A stretch of 55,238 nucleotides of DNA from Bryobacterales bacterium (GCA_003169195.1 PMQB01000436.1:1-55238); one strand, 5' to 3'. Counted from the stretch's first letter, positions 33,256 to 44,209 are shown. Numbers and translations are program-made. The notes: generated by a model from the letters alone, not told the origin.

Positions 33256-36200
33256 ATGCACTATCTGCCAATAGCAAGGCGCACACTTTTACTTGTTTTC
33301 TTAGTAAGTGCCCTTCTCCAGTTCCGCACTGCCCATGCCCAGGTTCTCTACGGCTCCTTAACCGGTTCCGTCACCGACCCCGCCGGTGCCCTCGTAGCTG
33401 GTGCCAAAGTTGAAGCTCTCAACGTCGACACCGGCATCGCCAAAGATGCAACCACCGACGAACACGGCGGCTATCTCTTTACCGATCTACAACCTGGGAC
33501 TTACAAAGTCACCATCAAGGCCGCATCGTTCGGGGCTTTTGTCCAGCAAGGCCTCCGCATCGAAGCGAACAGCGAAAAGCGTGCCGACGCCCAACTCCAA
33601 CTCGCCGGAGTCACCCAAAGCGTCACCGTAGACGCATCCGTCGTCGGCCTCCAAACCGATCGCGCCGACGTCAACGTGCAAATCCAAACCTCCCAAATCA
33701 CTGAACTCCCCGAACCCGCCACCCGCAACTTCCAAAGCATCTTCATCATCGTTCCCGGTTTCAGTCCACCCGCCTCTTCGCACTCCGAAGCCGGCAACCC
33801 CCAAGGCGCGCTGGCTACCGATGTCAACGGCGCCTCCTATAACAACAACGCCACCCGCATTGATGGCTCACTCGATCTTTACCCATGGCTCCCTGAAATC
33901 GTCGCGTATGTACCCTCTACCGAAGCCATTCAGACCGTCAGCGTCGTCACCGCCAGCTTTGATGCCGAACAAGGAATGGCCGGCGGTTCCGCTGTCAATA
34001 TCAGCGTCAAGTCCGGCACCAACGCCTTCCATGGTGCAGCTTGGGAGTTCAATCAGATCAGCGCTCTCAAAGCACGCAACTACTTTTATTACGGCGCTAA
34101 CAATCCCAAGAACATCGTCAATCAGTTCGGCGGAAATCTAGGTGGTCCCATCATCAAGAACAAGCTCTTCTTCTTTGGCAATTGGGAAGTCACTGACAAA
34201 CGCGCCAACGTATCCGCCCTTGAGACTGTTGCTACCGATCCGTTACGCCAAGGCCTCTTCGCCGGAACCGGTACCAACATCTATGACCCAAACACCGGAT
34301 TGGCCAACGGCAAAGGCCGCACCGTTTTCGCCGGCGATCAAATTCCCACCACCCGCTTCGCCTCCGCCTCCGTCAAGATGATTCAATTGATGCCTGAACC
34401 CAACCAAGCCTCCGCCTCCGCTACCCCCACCAATGACTACTTCGGCAGCGCCGATTACTCCTCCACACACCACAACATCGATACCAAGGTCAACTACAAC
34501 CCCAACGACAAAAGCGCCATCTTTGGCCGCTACAGTATCTCGCCTAGTCACATCTTTGATCCTCCAGGTTTAGGCGCGGCCGAAGGCAACACCCTTGATG
34601 GCGGCCAACCCGGTACCGCCACTGGCCGCGTGCAGAGCGTCGGCCTCGGCGGCAACTATTCGCTCTCCCCGACACTTCTTCTCGATGGCAACCTCGGTTA
34701 CACACGCATCCGCCTCCAAGCCGAAAACGTCGACATCGGCAAGAACTATGGGACCGACGTTTTGAATATTCCCGGCACCAACGGCTCCTATGCACTCGAT
34801 GGCGGCTATCCGAACTTCGGTGTCACTGGTTTCTCGTCCTTTGGCAACTCGAATGTCTCCAACCCATTTCTGTTCCGTGATAACGAATACGTCGGCGCAG
34901 TCAATCTCAGTTGGACCAAAGGCTCTCACTCGTTCCGCTTCGGTGGCGAGTATCAACACTTCGCCATCAACCACTTCCAACCCCAAACATCATTCGGCCC
35001 GCGTGGCGGATTCACTTTCTCGGGCGGCATCACGTCTTTGAGCGGCGGAACCGCTACCAATCTTTATAACGCGTGGGGAGATTTCCTCCTCGGGGCGCCG
35101 CAGTCCATGGGTATCTCCACTGAATACATCAACCCCGCCACTGTCCGCGAAGCCAATTATGGCTTCTATGCTCGAGATCAATGGCAGGTCAACCGCAAGT
35201 TAACGTTCAACTACGGCATCCGCTACGAAGCCTATCCGCTAGCCACTCGCGACCACTACGGCGCAGATATCTATAACCCGCAAACCGGTTTGGTTTGTTT
35301 GGGTGGCGTCGCCGGTCAACCCCACAACTGCGGAGTCAGTGTCGGCAACGGCGAGTTCGTCCCCCGCCTGGGCATCGCTTATCGCCTCACAGAGAAAACG
35401 GTGTTTCGTCTTGGCTACGGCCTTAGCGCCGATCCTAACAGTTACCGTGCCATGCGCGATGCCTATCCGGCCACTATCGCTCTCGCACTCAGCGGTACAA
35501 ACTCTTATCAGGCCGCAGGCTCACTCGCAACCGGACTTCCTCCCATCGTCGGTCCAGCTCTCGGTCTCGGTCCCATTCAACTGCCCACTACCATCACCAC
35601 CACTACCTATCCGCTCAACTACCATCGCGGCTACATCCAATCTCTCAACGTCACCCTGCAACACGAAATCGCTAAAGACTTCAACGTTCAGGCCGCCTTC
35701 GTACAAACGCATGCTATTCGTCATACCGATGACATCAACATCAACGCCGCCGGTCCCGGTGGTGGCAACACCGGTCGCGCCTATTACGCCATCACCGGGC
35801 AAACCACCGACATCACCGAAAGCACACCTTTCAATACCTCTAACTACAACGCTCTGCAAACTCAGCTGACTAAACGTGTGGGTGCCGGCCTGGTGGGCGC
35901 TACCTATACTTATTCCAAAGCCTTCGATTACGGCGACAATGATGATTCCGGCCTCACCTGGGCATGGATTCCCATGTGGGCCCGCAACTACGCGCTGGCA
36001 GGTTTTGATCGCACTCACAATTTCCAAGCCTATGGTAACTATGAATTGCCTGTCGGTCGCGGCAAACGCTGGCTTTCGCAAGGTCTGACAGCCAAGATTG
36101 TCGGAGGCTGGCAGTTGAACGGTATTCTCAGCCGTGAAAGCGGAACACCCTTCACCGTCGCTTCATCCGGCAGTTCAGTAAATGCTCCCGGCAATACGCA

Positions 36201-36591
36201 AACCGCCAATCAAATCCTTCCCACGGTATCTATCATCGGTGGACATGGCATCGGCGCAAACGGCGGATCATATTTCAATCCCCTCGCCTTTGCTCCGGTT
36301 ACTACCGTAAGCTTCGGCAACAGCGGACGCGATATTCTCCGCGGACCCGGCGTCTTCAACGTTAACGCCAGCATCTTCCGCAACTTCCTGGTCACTGAAC
36401 GCTTCAAACTGCAATTCCGCATGGAAACTTTCAATCTCACCAACACCGCTCAATTCGGTAATCCCGGAGCCACCGTTTCCTCCGCCACTTTCAATGCCGA
36501 TGGCAGCGTCAAGTCGCTCAATGGCTATACTCAAATAACATCGGCCAGCAACGAAAGGCAGTTGCGTTTTGCATTGAAGCTTTCGTTCTAG
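33256..36591 (+). CDS. TonB-dependent receptor with a carboxypeptidase-regulatory-like N-terminal domain
   Basis: AGGAG lies before the ATG at 33256. Signal peptide ...LLQFRTAHAQ, then GSLTGSVTDPAGALVAGAKVEALNVDTGIAKDATTDEHGGYLFTDLQPGTYKV. The barrel ends ...FALKLSF. Confidence 0.9.
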   Translation: MHYLPIARRTLLLVFLVSALLQFRTAHAQVLYGSLTGSVTDPAGALVAGAKVEALNVDTGIAKDATTDEHGGYLFTDLQPGTYKVTIKAASFGAFVQQGLRIEANSEKRADAQLQLAGVTQSVTVDASVVGLQTDRADVNVQIQTSQITELPEPATRNFQSIFIIVPGFSPPASSHSEAGNPQGALATDVNGASYNNNATRIDGSLDLYPWLPEIVAYVPSTEAIQTVSVVTASFDAEQGMAGGSAVNISVKSGTNAFHGAAWEFNQISALKARNYFYYGANNPKNIVNQFGGNLGGPIIKNKLFFFGNWEVTDKRANVSALETVATDPLRQGLFAGTGTNIYDPNTGLANGKGRTVFAGDQIPTTRFASASVKMIQLMPEPNQASASATPTNDYFGSADYSSTHHNIDTKVNYNPNDKSAIFGRYSISPSHIFDPPGLGAAEGNTLDGGQPGTATGRVQSVGLGGNYSLSPTLLLDGNLGYTRIRLQAENVDIGKNYGTDVLNIPGTNGSYALDGGYPNFGVTGFSSFGNSNVSNPFLFRDNEYVGAVNLSWTKGSHSFRFGGEYQHFAINHFQPQTSFGPRGGFTFSGGITSLSGGTATNLYNAWGDFLLGAPQSMGISTEYINPATVREANYGFYARDQWQVNRKLTFNYGIRYEAYPLATRDHYGADIYNPQTGLVCLGGVAGQPHNCGVSVGNGEFVPRLGIAYRLTEKTVFRLGYGLSADPNSYRAMRDAYPATIALALSGTNSYQAAGSLATGLPPIVGPALGLGPIQLPTTITTTTYPLNYHRGYIQSLNVTLQHEIAKDFNVQAAFVQTHAIRHTDDININAAGPGGGNTGRAYYAITGQTTDITESTPFNTSNYNALQTQLTKRVGAGLVGATYTYSKAFDYGDNDDSGLTWAWIPMWARNYALAGFDRTHNFQAYGNYELPVGRGKRWLSQGLTAKIVGGWQLNGILSRESGTPFTVASSGSSVNAPGNTQTANQILPTVSIIGGHGIGANGGSYFNPLAFAPVTTVSFGNSGRDILRGPGVFNVNASIFRNFLVTERFKLQFRMETFNLTNTAQFGNPGATVSSATFNADGSVKSLNGYTQITSASNERQLRFALKLSF

Positions 36592-36604
36592 CCATCACTC
36601 TTAT

Positions 36605-37642
36605 ATGCAACCCTTTTACCTCTCCGGCATTATCTTCTTTGCGCTTTTTAGCATCTCGGGCTTCTCTCAGCAGACGCCCAGCGATGGTCCCTATCACGTT
36701 TTGAAAACAGCCAAGGTTGGCGGTGAAGGCGGTTTCGATTACGTCTATGCCGATTCCGTAGGGCGGCGCTTATACGTCGCCCGCACCGGCCCTACTAAAC
36801 GCATCTCCGTCTTCGATCTCGACTCGTTGCAATCAGTCGGCGAGATGCCCGATATCAGCGCACACGGCGCTGCTGTCGATGCTAAGTCTCATCATGGCTT
36901 CGCCACCAGCAAGCCCGTCACCATGTTCGATAGCAAGACTCTCAAGATCATCAAGCCGATTGAAGTCCAAGGCAATCCCGATGGCATGCTCTATGATCCC
37001 TTCAATCGCCGCATCTACATCTTGAGCCACGCCGCTCCCAACGCCACCGTCATCGATGCCAAAACCGGTTCGGTTCTCGGCACCATCGATTTAGGCGGTG
37101 CTCCCGAACAAGCTGCTACCGATGGCAAGGGCCACATCTACGTCGATATCGAAGACAAAGACAATATCGCCGTAGTCGACGCCAAAGAGATGAAAGTTAC
37201 CGCACACTATGATCTGGGCGGCAGCAAGACTCCTGCCGGCTTAGCCTTCGACGCGAAGAGCCATGTTCTCTTTATCGAGTGCCGGAACCCGGCCGTCAGC
37301 GTCGTCATGAACGCCACCGACGGCAAAATCATCACCACTCTCCCCATCGGCACCGGCGTCGATGGTGCCGGCTTCATGCCCTCCACCAAAGAAGCCTTCA
37401 GCTCGCAAGGTGACGGCACCCTCACTGTCATCAAAGAAAGCAGCCCGACTGAATTCGCTGTTGAACAAACCGTCAAGACAATGGTTTCGGCTAAGACCAT
37501 GACCATCGACAGCAAAACTGGTCATATTCTCTTAATTGCCGCTGAGTTTGGACCCACCCCCGAAGCCCTGCCCGGTCAACAACGTCCGCGTCGCGGCCCA
37601 CTCGTCCCCGGTTCCTTCACCATCCTGGAAGTTGGAAAGTAG
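36605..37642 (+). CDS. Secreted YVTN-type beta-propeller repeat protein
   Basis: A signal peptide is followed by repeated motifs: RLYVARTG, RIYILSH..ATVIDAKTG, HIYVDIEDKDNIAVVDAKE, VLFIECRNPAVSVVMNATDG. Confidence 0.8.
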   Translation: MQPFYLSGIIFFALFSISGFSQQTPSDGPYHVLKTAKVGGEGGFDYVYADSVGRRLYVARTGPTKRISVFDLDSLQSVGEMPDISAHGAAVDAKSHHGFATSKPVTMFDSKTLKIIKPIEVQGNPDGMLYDPFNRRIYILSHAAPNATVIDAKTGSVLGTIDLGGAPEQAATDGKGHIYVDIEDKDNIAVVDAKEMKVTAHYDLGGSKTPAGLAFDAKSHVLFIECRNPAVSVVMNATDGKIITTLPIGTGVDGAGFMPSTKEAFSSQGDGTLTVIKESSPTEFAVEQTVKTMVSAKTMTIDSKTGHILLIAAEFGPTPEALPGQQRPRRGPLVPGSFTILEVGK

Positions 37643-37717
37643 TAATTTCCCCCTTATTTGGTACTTTTTCGTACCTACTGATACACTTGGCGTGGCTCCT
37701 CCACCTATATACAAATA

Positions 37718-39262
37718 ATGAATGTTCATCTTGTCAATCCAATTGATACCGCTTTTGGGACTGCGGTTATCACTCCACGCTGGCTTTTTGTCCTGGCGGC
37801 CGCCACAGGTGATGCATTTGGCGATCCGGAAATATGCGATGAAACGCTAGAGCATTTGAATCTGGATCGTATCCAAAAAGGCGACGTGGTGGGAATAGGC
37901 ATTCACACTGGCAATGCTTTAAGAGGTTATGAGATCGGCCGCGCTTGCCGCGAACGTGGCGCTTGGGTTGTATTTGGAGGAATCCACCCCACGCTCTACG
38001 AAGAAGAACCCTTCGAACGGGGTGGAGCGCACGTTGTCGTTAAAGGCGATGGCGATGTTATCTGGAGCCAAGTGCTTCGCGATTGTGTGAGCGGTTCCCC
38101 CGAACGCATTTATAACGGCGGCAAAGTTGAGCCACAGGATTTCAAGCAAGCGCGCTGGGATTTGTTGCCCGCCAATAGTTATATGTGGGCTTCGGTACAA
38201 ACCGTTCGTGGCTGTGCCAAGCATTGCTCTTTCTGCTCGGTTTGGCGTACCGATGGACAACGTCCCCGGCAACGTGGCACCGATAGCGTCATTGAAGAGA
38301 TCGTGGAATTACGCCGCCGCGGCTTCCGCTTCATCGCCCTGGCCGACGATAACTTCTACCCGGTCACCTTCACCGATATTGAACTCGCCAAGAAGCAGAA
38401 GAACCAGGCACGTGTCGATACCTTGCAAGCCATGCGAGCGGAACGTTTCGAACTTATGGATCGCCTCTCTGAACTGCCAAAGGACATGACGTTCTTCACG
38501 CAGATCACCATGGAAGCCGCCGAAGACACCGAATTCCTCGATGCCATGAAGAAGGCTCATATCCGTGGTGCTTTGGTTGGCGTAGAAGCCGTCACTCCTG
38601 AAGGCCTCAAAGCCGTCTTCAAAGACTTCAACCTCTCGGGCGACAACCTCGTGAATCGTCTGAAAACTTTTTCCGAACACGGCGTTCATATTCTGGGCTC
38701 CTTCATCTTCGGTCTGCCCAGCGACCGTGCCGATACTTTCGATGCCACCCGTGAGCTGGCCCAGAAGGCCGGCGTCACTTTCGCGCAGTTCGTCATGCTC
38801 ACGCCGTTCCCCGGCACTGTCGATTTTGAAAAGTGGGAAAAAGCCCAAGACGTCACTGTCGGCGCAGTCGATGGCGTTCCCCTCACCCGGTACTGGCTCA
38901 TTCCTGCTCATAAGCGGCCCAAGATGTTCATGCCACATCCCACCATGGGATCGGCGGAAATGCGCGAACGAACGCAAGGCGTTTGGGATAGCTTCTATAG
39001 CTTCTCGCAAGTTTGGAAGCGCTCGCGTTGCACACCGAACCTGCGCGCCCGCTTGGCCTTCGTCTTCGTTTCAAAGCTCTATCGCCAGATGTATGCCAGC
39101 ACCGGCATCTCCACCGATAGCGCCCGTGTCACCCGCGCTAGCAATTGGGCGCGTTGGCTCGCCGTCCCGTGTCGCAAGTTGTTCCAAGCAGCACCCATGC
39201 CGGAACTCGAAATGCCGCGCGCCAAACTCGCCACGCAAAATCCGTTTCGCGTCGTGAGCTAA
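37718..39262 (+). CDS. B12-binding-domain radical SAM protein
   Basis: The N-terminal Rossmann-like B12 domain (VVGIGIHTGNALRGYEIG...VVFGGIHPT) is followed by CAKHCSFCSVW, the CxxxCxxC radical SAM cluster motif. Confidence 0.9.
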   Translation: MNVHLVNPIDTAFGTAVITPRWLFVLAAATGDAFGDPEICDETLEHLNLDRIQKGDVVGIGIHTGNALRGYEIGRACRERGAWVVFGGIHPTLYEEEPFERGGAHVVVKGDGDVIWSQVLRDCVSGSPERIYNGGKVEPQDFKQARWDLLPANSYMWASVQTVRGCAKHCSFCSVWRTDGQRPRQRGTDSVIEEIVELRRRGFRFIALADDNFYPVTFTDIELAKKQKNQARVDTLQAMRAERFELMDRLSELPKDMTFFTQITMEAAEDTEFLDAMKKAHIRGALVGVEAVTPEGLKAVFKDFNLSGDNLVNRLKTFSEHGVHILGSFIFGLPSDRADTFDATRELAQKAGVTFAQFVMLTPFPGTVDFEKWEKAQDVTVGAVDGVPLTRYWLIPAHKRPKMFMPHPTMGSAEMRERTQGVWDSFYSFSQVWKRSRCTPNLRARLAFVFVSKLYRQMYASTGISTDSARVTRASNWARWLAVPCRKLFQAAPMPELEMPRAKLATQNPFRVVS

Positions 39263-40842
39263 CCCTCGCCGCCAGTCAGTCGGGATTCGCTCAGGTCGAG
39301 TTCGCGCTCGATCCGCCGCAGCACGTTATCGCTGATTGTCCCTTCGTTGCGCAGGCGGATGGCTGTTTCGCGCTCAATTCCCAGCGCTTGCAGCTTCAAT
39401 TCGATATGCCGGTCATGCGCTTCGGCATCTGGCTGAGTACCGGCCAGGCGCTCGTTATAGTGCTTGACCAGATCGTCGTAAAGCTCAAAGGTATCTTCAC
39501 TGTCCTTTGCCTTGGCCTCGCCTAGATACGTCAGCGCAGCTTGCAGCACCACGCGCCGCGCTTTCAGTTCTTCTTCATCCGGTTCCCCTGTTGCGGCCAG
39601 ACCAAGCCAACGAATCAGCGGCGGAAGCGTCAGGCCTTGCAGTACGAGTGTCACCACAATGACGCAAAAGGTTAGAAAGACAATGATGTTTCGCTGTGGA
39701 AACGCCGTCCCATCCGCCAGCGTCGCCGGTAGAGAAATGGCCGCTGCCAGCGAAACCACGCCCCGCATGCCAGTCCAGCCCACCACGAAGATCTGCCGCA
39801 CCGGTGGTCTCTTTTCTTTTTGATGCGCAACCCGTTTCCTTAGAAAGTAAGAGAACCACGCTCCCGGAAAAACCCAAATCAACCGCAGCAAGATCAGCAG
39901 CACGCTAAAGATGACTCCGTCCAAGATCAACTCGCGGAGACTGTAACCACGAATCGAAGCGCGAATACCAGGCAACTGCAAGCCGATCAATACAAACACC
40001 AGTCCATTCAGGACGAACGTCAACGACTTCCAAACAGACGATGTTTGAAGACGCACCGTGGGCGAAAAAAACGTCGCGCTTCTCCGGCTCAAATACAATC
40101 CGCAAACTACCACCGCCAGCACACCAGATGCCTTGACAGCGTCGGCGGCAAGATAAACCGCATAGGGCACCAGAATGCTCAACGTGATCTCAATATCGCC
40201 ATCGTCTAAACGCTTCTCGATTTGATCGGTAATCCAACCAACCAGTAAGCCCAGCCCAATGCCGCCGACAATCAGCCAAACAAAAGTGAGCGACGCTTCA
40301 GCGAAAGTAGGCACCCGCCTTTGCACTACGATGGCAATGGCAAACTGCAACGCGAGCAGTCCACTCGCGTCGTTGATCATGCTTTCGCCTTCTAACGTAT
40401 CCACAATGCGCCCGGGCAATCCCACACGCCGCGCAATCGAAGTGGCCGCAATCGCATCGGTAGGCGCTACCACTGCTCCCAGCGCGAGACCCAGACGCCA
40501 ATCAAATCCCTCAAAAACTTTCGGCGCAATAACGGCCACCCCGAACACGGTGAAGATCACCAATCCAAAAGCCAACGATAGGATGCTGATCAAGTTGTAA
40601 CGGAACTCGCGCCAGGATGTGGTCCACGCTGAAGAGTAAAGCAGCGGCGGCAGAACGATCAAAAAGATAAGTTCAGGATCAAGCGAAATCGTTGGGATGC
40701 CCGGCACGAATCCCAGCACCAACCCGCCGATCACCATCACAATCGGGTACGGCGTTTTTAGCTTTCCGGCAAGTATCCCGAAAGCAATAACAAACAACAA
40801 CAGCAGTAGGAAAACGAATTCAATCGTCCCTATCTCACTCAC
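39259..40842 (-). CDS. Na+/H+ antiporter (CPA1, NhaP-type) with a cytoplasmic C-terminal tail
   Basis: About 12 TM segments, with ATDAIAA and PGRI..LEGESM.NDA motifs. GTG start preceded by GGAG. Confidence 0.9.
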   Translation of the reverse strand: MSEIGTIEFVFLLLLLFVIAFGILAGKLKTPYPIVMVIGGLVLGFVPGIPTISLDPELIFLIVLPPLLYSSAWTTSWREFRYNLISILSLAFGLVIFTVFGVAVIAPKVFEGFDWRLGLALGAVVAPTDAIAATSIARRVGLPGRIVDTLEGESMINDASGLLALQFAIAIVVQRRVPTFAEASLTFVWLIVGGIGLGLLVGWITDQIEKRLDDGDIEITLSILVPYAVYLAADAVKASGVLAVVVCGLYLSRRSATFFSPTVRLQTSSVWKSLTFVLNGLVFVLIGLQLPGIRASIRGYSLRELILDGVIFSVLLILLRLIWVFPGAWFSYFLRKRVAHQKEKRPPVRQIFVVGWTGMRGVVSLAAAISLPATLADGTAFPQRNIIVFLTFCVIVVTLVLQGLTLPPLIRWLGLAATGEPDEEELKARRVVLQAALTYLGEAKAKDSEDTFELYDDLVKHYNERLAGTQPDAEAHDRHIELKLQALGIERETAIRLRNEGTISDNVLRRIERELDLSESRLTGGEG

Positions 40843-40852
40843 GTACTACGCT

Positions 40853-40889
40853 CCAAATAAATAGGGCCAGCGTGCTTCCACGCTGGCCC
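40853..40889 (-). terminator. Rho-independent terminator after the TonB-dependent receptor gene
   Basis: Perfect 11-bp stem gggccagcgtg / cacgctggccc with a 4-nt loop (40864..40889). On the minus strand it is followed by tatttattt. Confidence 0.7.
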
Positions 40890-40912
40890 ATTTCAACGTC
40901 GAACTTAAAACT

Positions 40913-43900
40913 CTACCATTTAAATTTCAAGGCGAGCTGTGTGTTACGCGGCTCGCCATTACCAATACCGGGCGAATTGTAAGCCTGCACCGTTCCGCTA
41001 ATTTGGCCGAAGGTGCTGCCTGTATCGTCGATGCTGGTGTCCGGACCGCTCAGGTTTAAGCGGTTGAACAGATTGAAGATCTCAACGCGGAATTCGGCTG
41101 AAACTTTCTCAGTGATGTGGGTCGACTTAATGATCGAGAAATCCAAAGCATTGAATCCGGGCCCGTAAAACTGATTGCGTGCCGTTGTGCCATAGGTGCC
41201 GGCCGGTTGCAGCGTGAAAGCCGCCGGATTGAAATACTGATAGCCGTTCGCATAGTTGCCCGGCGCGTTGGTAACCGTCGGAATGTTGTTGAACGGAGTA
41301 CCTCCGGGAACCAGATCCACGCGGTCGCCGCCGCCAAAACTGTTGCTCACATTTGTCCCGGTCGTGACGCTGAACGGCGTACCCGTGTGCACAACGAAGA
41401 TGGCGTTTAACTGCCAGCCGCCGCCAATGCGTGGTTTCGATTTCAAGAAGTTCGGCACATCATAAATCGCGTAGGCGCTGGTATTGCTGCGCATGTCGAA
41501 ATCCGAATTACCGTAGTCACACTTCAAGCAATAGCTGTTTTCGGGTTCGGCATAACGCGCATAAGACATGTCATCGCGGGCATGCGCCAGCGTTGTCGAA
41601 ATTTGTCCCTGCAGACCATGGAATCCGGTAGAGCGAAGCGACGTCTGAAACGAATTGTACTGAGAGTTCGCCGCTGTTTCCAACCATGTAATGCTGCCAA
41701 GGTTCGGAAAGCGCGTATTATAAGGACGCCGCTGCTGTTCCGATAACAGACCTGTCGGGTCGGGCAACGGTTGATTGATGTCCCGTTTGTCGGCCAGCTT
41801 ACGAGACTGGCTGCCGACGTAACCCACTTGCAGCAGCATGTTGTGCGAAAGCTGACGCTGCACGTTGACATTGAAATTCTCGGTGTACGGAGAACTCAAA
41901 CTCGGGCTGATGCCGAAGGCGCCGAACGGAGGAGTCGGAGTCGAGCCAAAGATGTAAACACCGTTTTGCACAACCGTAGCCGGACTTGTTCCTGCTGTGA
42001 CGCCATAAACAGGGGTGCCTCCTACCGGATTGCGCGACACACCAGCAGCGCCGCTGCCCGCCGCGCCGTCGATGAAGAAGTTACCGTTAATCACGTCGTA
42101 AAAGAAGCCGTATCCTGCACGAATGACGGTCTTTCCACCGCGCACGGGCGTATAGGCAAAACCCAGACGCGGAGCAAAATTAGTCTTCTGCGCTTGATAA
42201 AGCTGCTTGACGTTTACACCTTCAATCGCAAAGCCCGAAGCGAAAGCCGGGTCAAAAGATGAAATTCCACGGTCGGACTCTTCGTGCAACGGTTGATTAT
42301 ATTCGTAGCGAACACCGTAATCGAAGGTGAGTTTATCGGTGACCTTCCAGGCATCGCTCGCCCACCAGGAAATCGAATTCTCTTGGTAGACACGCTGCGG
42401 CTGTCCAGTTGAGATCGAAGCTTGGCTCGCTTGCGGTCCAAGGTAACCGGCTAAGAAGTCGGCCAACGCATCCACGGGCGCGCCATTGTTCCAAGGTCCG
42501 GCGGTACCGTTGAATGTAAAGCTGCCGCGAACGTTGCGTTGATAGTAAACATCAAGCCGTGACACACGGAACTCACCGCCGAGTTTAATTTGGTGGGTGC
42601 CATGGGTGTAGGAAAGATTGTCTGTCAAGTGCCCGGTCGTATCTGTTCTTCCCAGATCAGGTGTTTCACCCACACCACCGTTGGTAAAGCCGGCAATGTT
42701 AATGTTGGGCGCTCCAAAGTCACCCGGGTTTGTAACGCCGGTGTTGAAGCCGACGGCGGGAAGATTTTGACCGTGATTGGCGTCGTCAAACGTTTGTTGA
42801 AAGAAGTTGACGCCGGCCAGCAACTGGTTCACCAGCCGGGCATTAATGATGGAATCCAATTGCGCCGCATAGTTCGGTTGGCGGCTCGGTACGCTCTGGA
42901 AATATTCGCCGTAAACCGATCCAGCAAATGCCGTGGCTTCACCCGTACCTAAGAACGCACGCGCCGAGATCTTCTCATTGTCGGTGAAGGAATGGTCCAA
43001 GCGGATAACGCCGTTATCGCTCTTATACCTTGATGGATCGTTGCTGAAGTAGTTGTCAGCAGTTCCGGCTGCACTGGCAATGCTGGACGGCCAAAGCAAG
43101 TTGTACACACGCAGCATGACCGGATTTACCGCGACGCCATATTTCGCCATCAGTGTTTCCGCCTGCGATACCCAAGCTAGCGACGGTACCGTGGCTTCAG
43201 CTGTATTGCCTGCTGTAAACTTTTGTTTTTCGTAGGTCAAGAAGAAGAATGTTTTGTTCTTCCAAATCGGGCCGCCCAAAGAGAAGCCGTAGTTTTCATT
43301 GCGCAGCAATGGATTCTTGGAGCCTTGAGGTGCAAAGGGATTGTGGGCTGCCAGCGCTTCGTTGCGGTTGAAATAGTAGGCAGTGCCATGGATCTGGTTG
43401 GTGCCGGATTTGATGACCACGTTTACGCTCGAACCGGGATTGCGTCCTGAATCCGCGCCGCCCGAAGCCTGTTGATTAAATTGATCGATTGCATCAATCG
43501 GCAGCAAAACGCCGGCTACGCCGGAAATACTTCCCTGATTGATGGCGTTCGAGTTATGCCAGAAATCGTTATTGTCGGCGCCATCAATCTGCCAGTTGTT
43601 TTGATTGACACGAGCGCCGTTGGTAGAGCCCGTATCGTTATAGCCGGGGGTGAGACGGAGCAACTGAGTGAAGTCGCGTCCATTGAGTGGAATGTCATTC
43701 ACCGCGCGCGTATCAACAACAGCGTTCAATACCGCATCGTTTGTTTCCAATGTTGCCGCGGCGGCTTGCACTTCCACGGTTTGCGTTTGCGAGTTAATGC
43801 CAAGTGTGATGGGCAAGCTGGCTACTTTACCGGCCGCCACTTCGAGGTCTTGCGTAAAGGCCTGAAAGCCAGTTTTGCTGGTGGAGACTGTATACACACC

Positions 43901-44119
43901 AGGATCTAAATCGGGGAACGTAAATTCACCGGCGTTTGAAGTCTGAACGCTACGGGTCAGGCCCGTTCCTTTGTTGACGATTTTTACTTCGGTGCCGGGA
44001 ACGGCGCCGCCGGTTGCGTCAGCAACACTTCCCGAAATCGATCCGCGAAATGCCTGGCCGAAGCTCAACGCCTGTAAAGCGAAGAATAAAAGAACAACGA
44101 AAACGACGTTGCGTCGCAT
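40913..44119 (-). CDS. TonB-dependent receptor with a carboxypeptidase-regulatory-like N-terminal domain
   Basis: GGGAGGG lies 8 nt before the ATG at 44119 (MRRNVVFVVLLFFALQALSFGQA). GSISGSVADATGGAVPGTEVKIVNKGTGLTRSVQTSNAGEFTFPDLDPGVYTV. The barrel ends ...LALKFKW. Confidence 0.9.
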   Translation of the reverse strand: MRRNVVFVVLLFFALQALSFGQAFRGSISGSVADATGGAVPGTEVKIVNKGTGLTRSVQTSNAGEFTFPDLDPGVYTVSTSKTGFQAFTQDLEVAAGKVASLPITLGINSQTQTVEVQAAAATLETNDAVLNAVVDTRAVNDIPLNGRDFTQLLRLTPGYNDTGSTNGARVNQNNWQIDGADNNDFWHNSNAINQGSISGVAGVLLPIDAIDQFNQQASGGADSGRNPGSSVNVVIKSGTNQIHGTAYYFNRNEALAAHNPFAPQGSKNPLLRNENYGFSLGGPIWKNKTFFFLTYEKQKFTAGNTAEATVPSLAWVSQAETLMAKYGVAVNPVMLRVYNLLWPSSIASAAGTADNYFSNDPSRYKSDNGVIRLDHSFTDNEKISARAFLGTGEATAFAGSVYGEYFQSVPSRQPNYAAQLDSIINARLVNQLLAGVNFFQQTFDDANHGQNLPAVGFNTGVTNPGDFGAPNINIAGFTNGGVGETPDLGRTDTTGHLTDNLSYTHGTHQIKLGGEFRVSRLDVYYQRNVRGSFTFNGTAGPWNNGAPVDALADFLAGYLGPQASQASISTGQPQRVYQENSISWWASDAWKVTDKLTFDYGVRYEYNQPLHEESDRGISSFDPAFASGFAIEGVNVKQLYQAQKTNFAPRLGFAYTPVRGGKTVIRAGYGFFYDVINGNFFIDGAAGSGAAGVSRNPVGGTPVYGVTAGTSPATVVQNGVYIFGSTPTPPFGAFGISPSLSSPYTENFNVNVQRQLSHNMLLQVGYVGSQSRKLADKRDINQPLPDPTGLLSEQQRRPYNTRFPNLGSITWLETAANSQYNSFQTSLRSTGFHGLQGQISTTLAHARDDMSYARYAEPENSYCLKCDYGNSDFDMRSNTSAYAIYDVPNFLKSKPRIGGGWQLNAIFVVHTGTPFSVTTGTNVSNSFGGGDRVDLVPGGTPFNNIPTVTNAPGNYANGYQYFNPAAFTLQPAGTYGTTARNQFYGPGFNALDFSIIKSTHITEKVSAEFRVEIFNLFNRLNLSGPDTSIDDTGSTFGQISGTVQAYNSPGIGNGEPRNTQLALKFKW

Positions 44120-44209
44120 CTGTACTACCCTCCCTGAAGTGATTTTTTTGACTCTTGCCGGCAACTTGGCGGGACTAAACCATAACGGTAGTGTATTACA
44201 CCTTACGCT

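Noticed and set aside
37643-37717. A RiPP precursor peptide next to the B12-radical-SAM gene
   Set aside because: There is no short ORF with an RBS in the 75-nt upstream spacer. The downstream side runs straight into the convergent antiporter gene.
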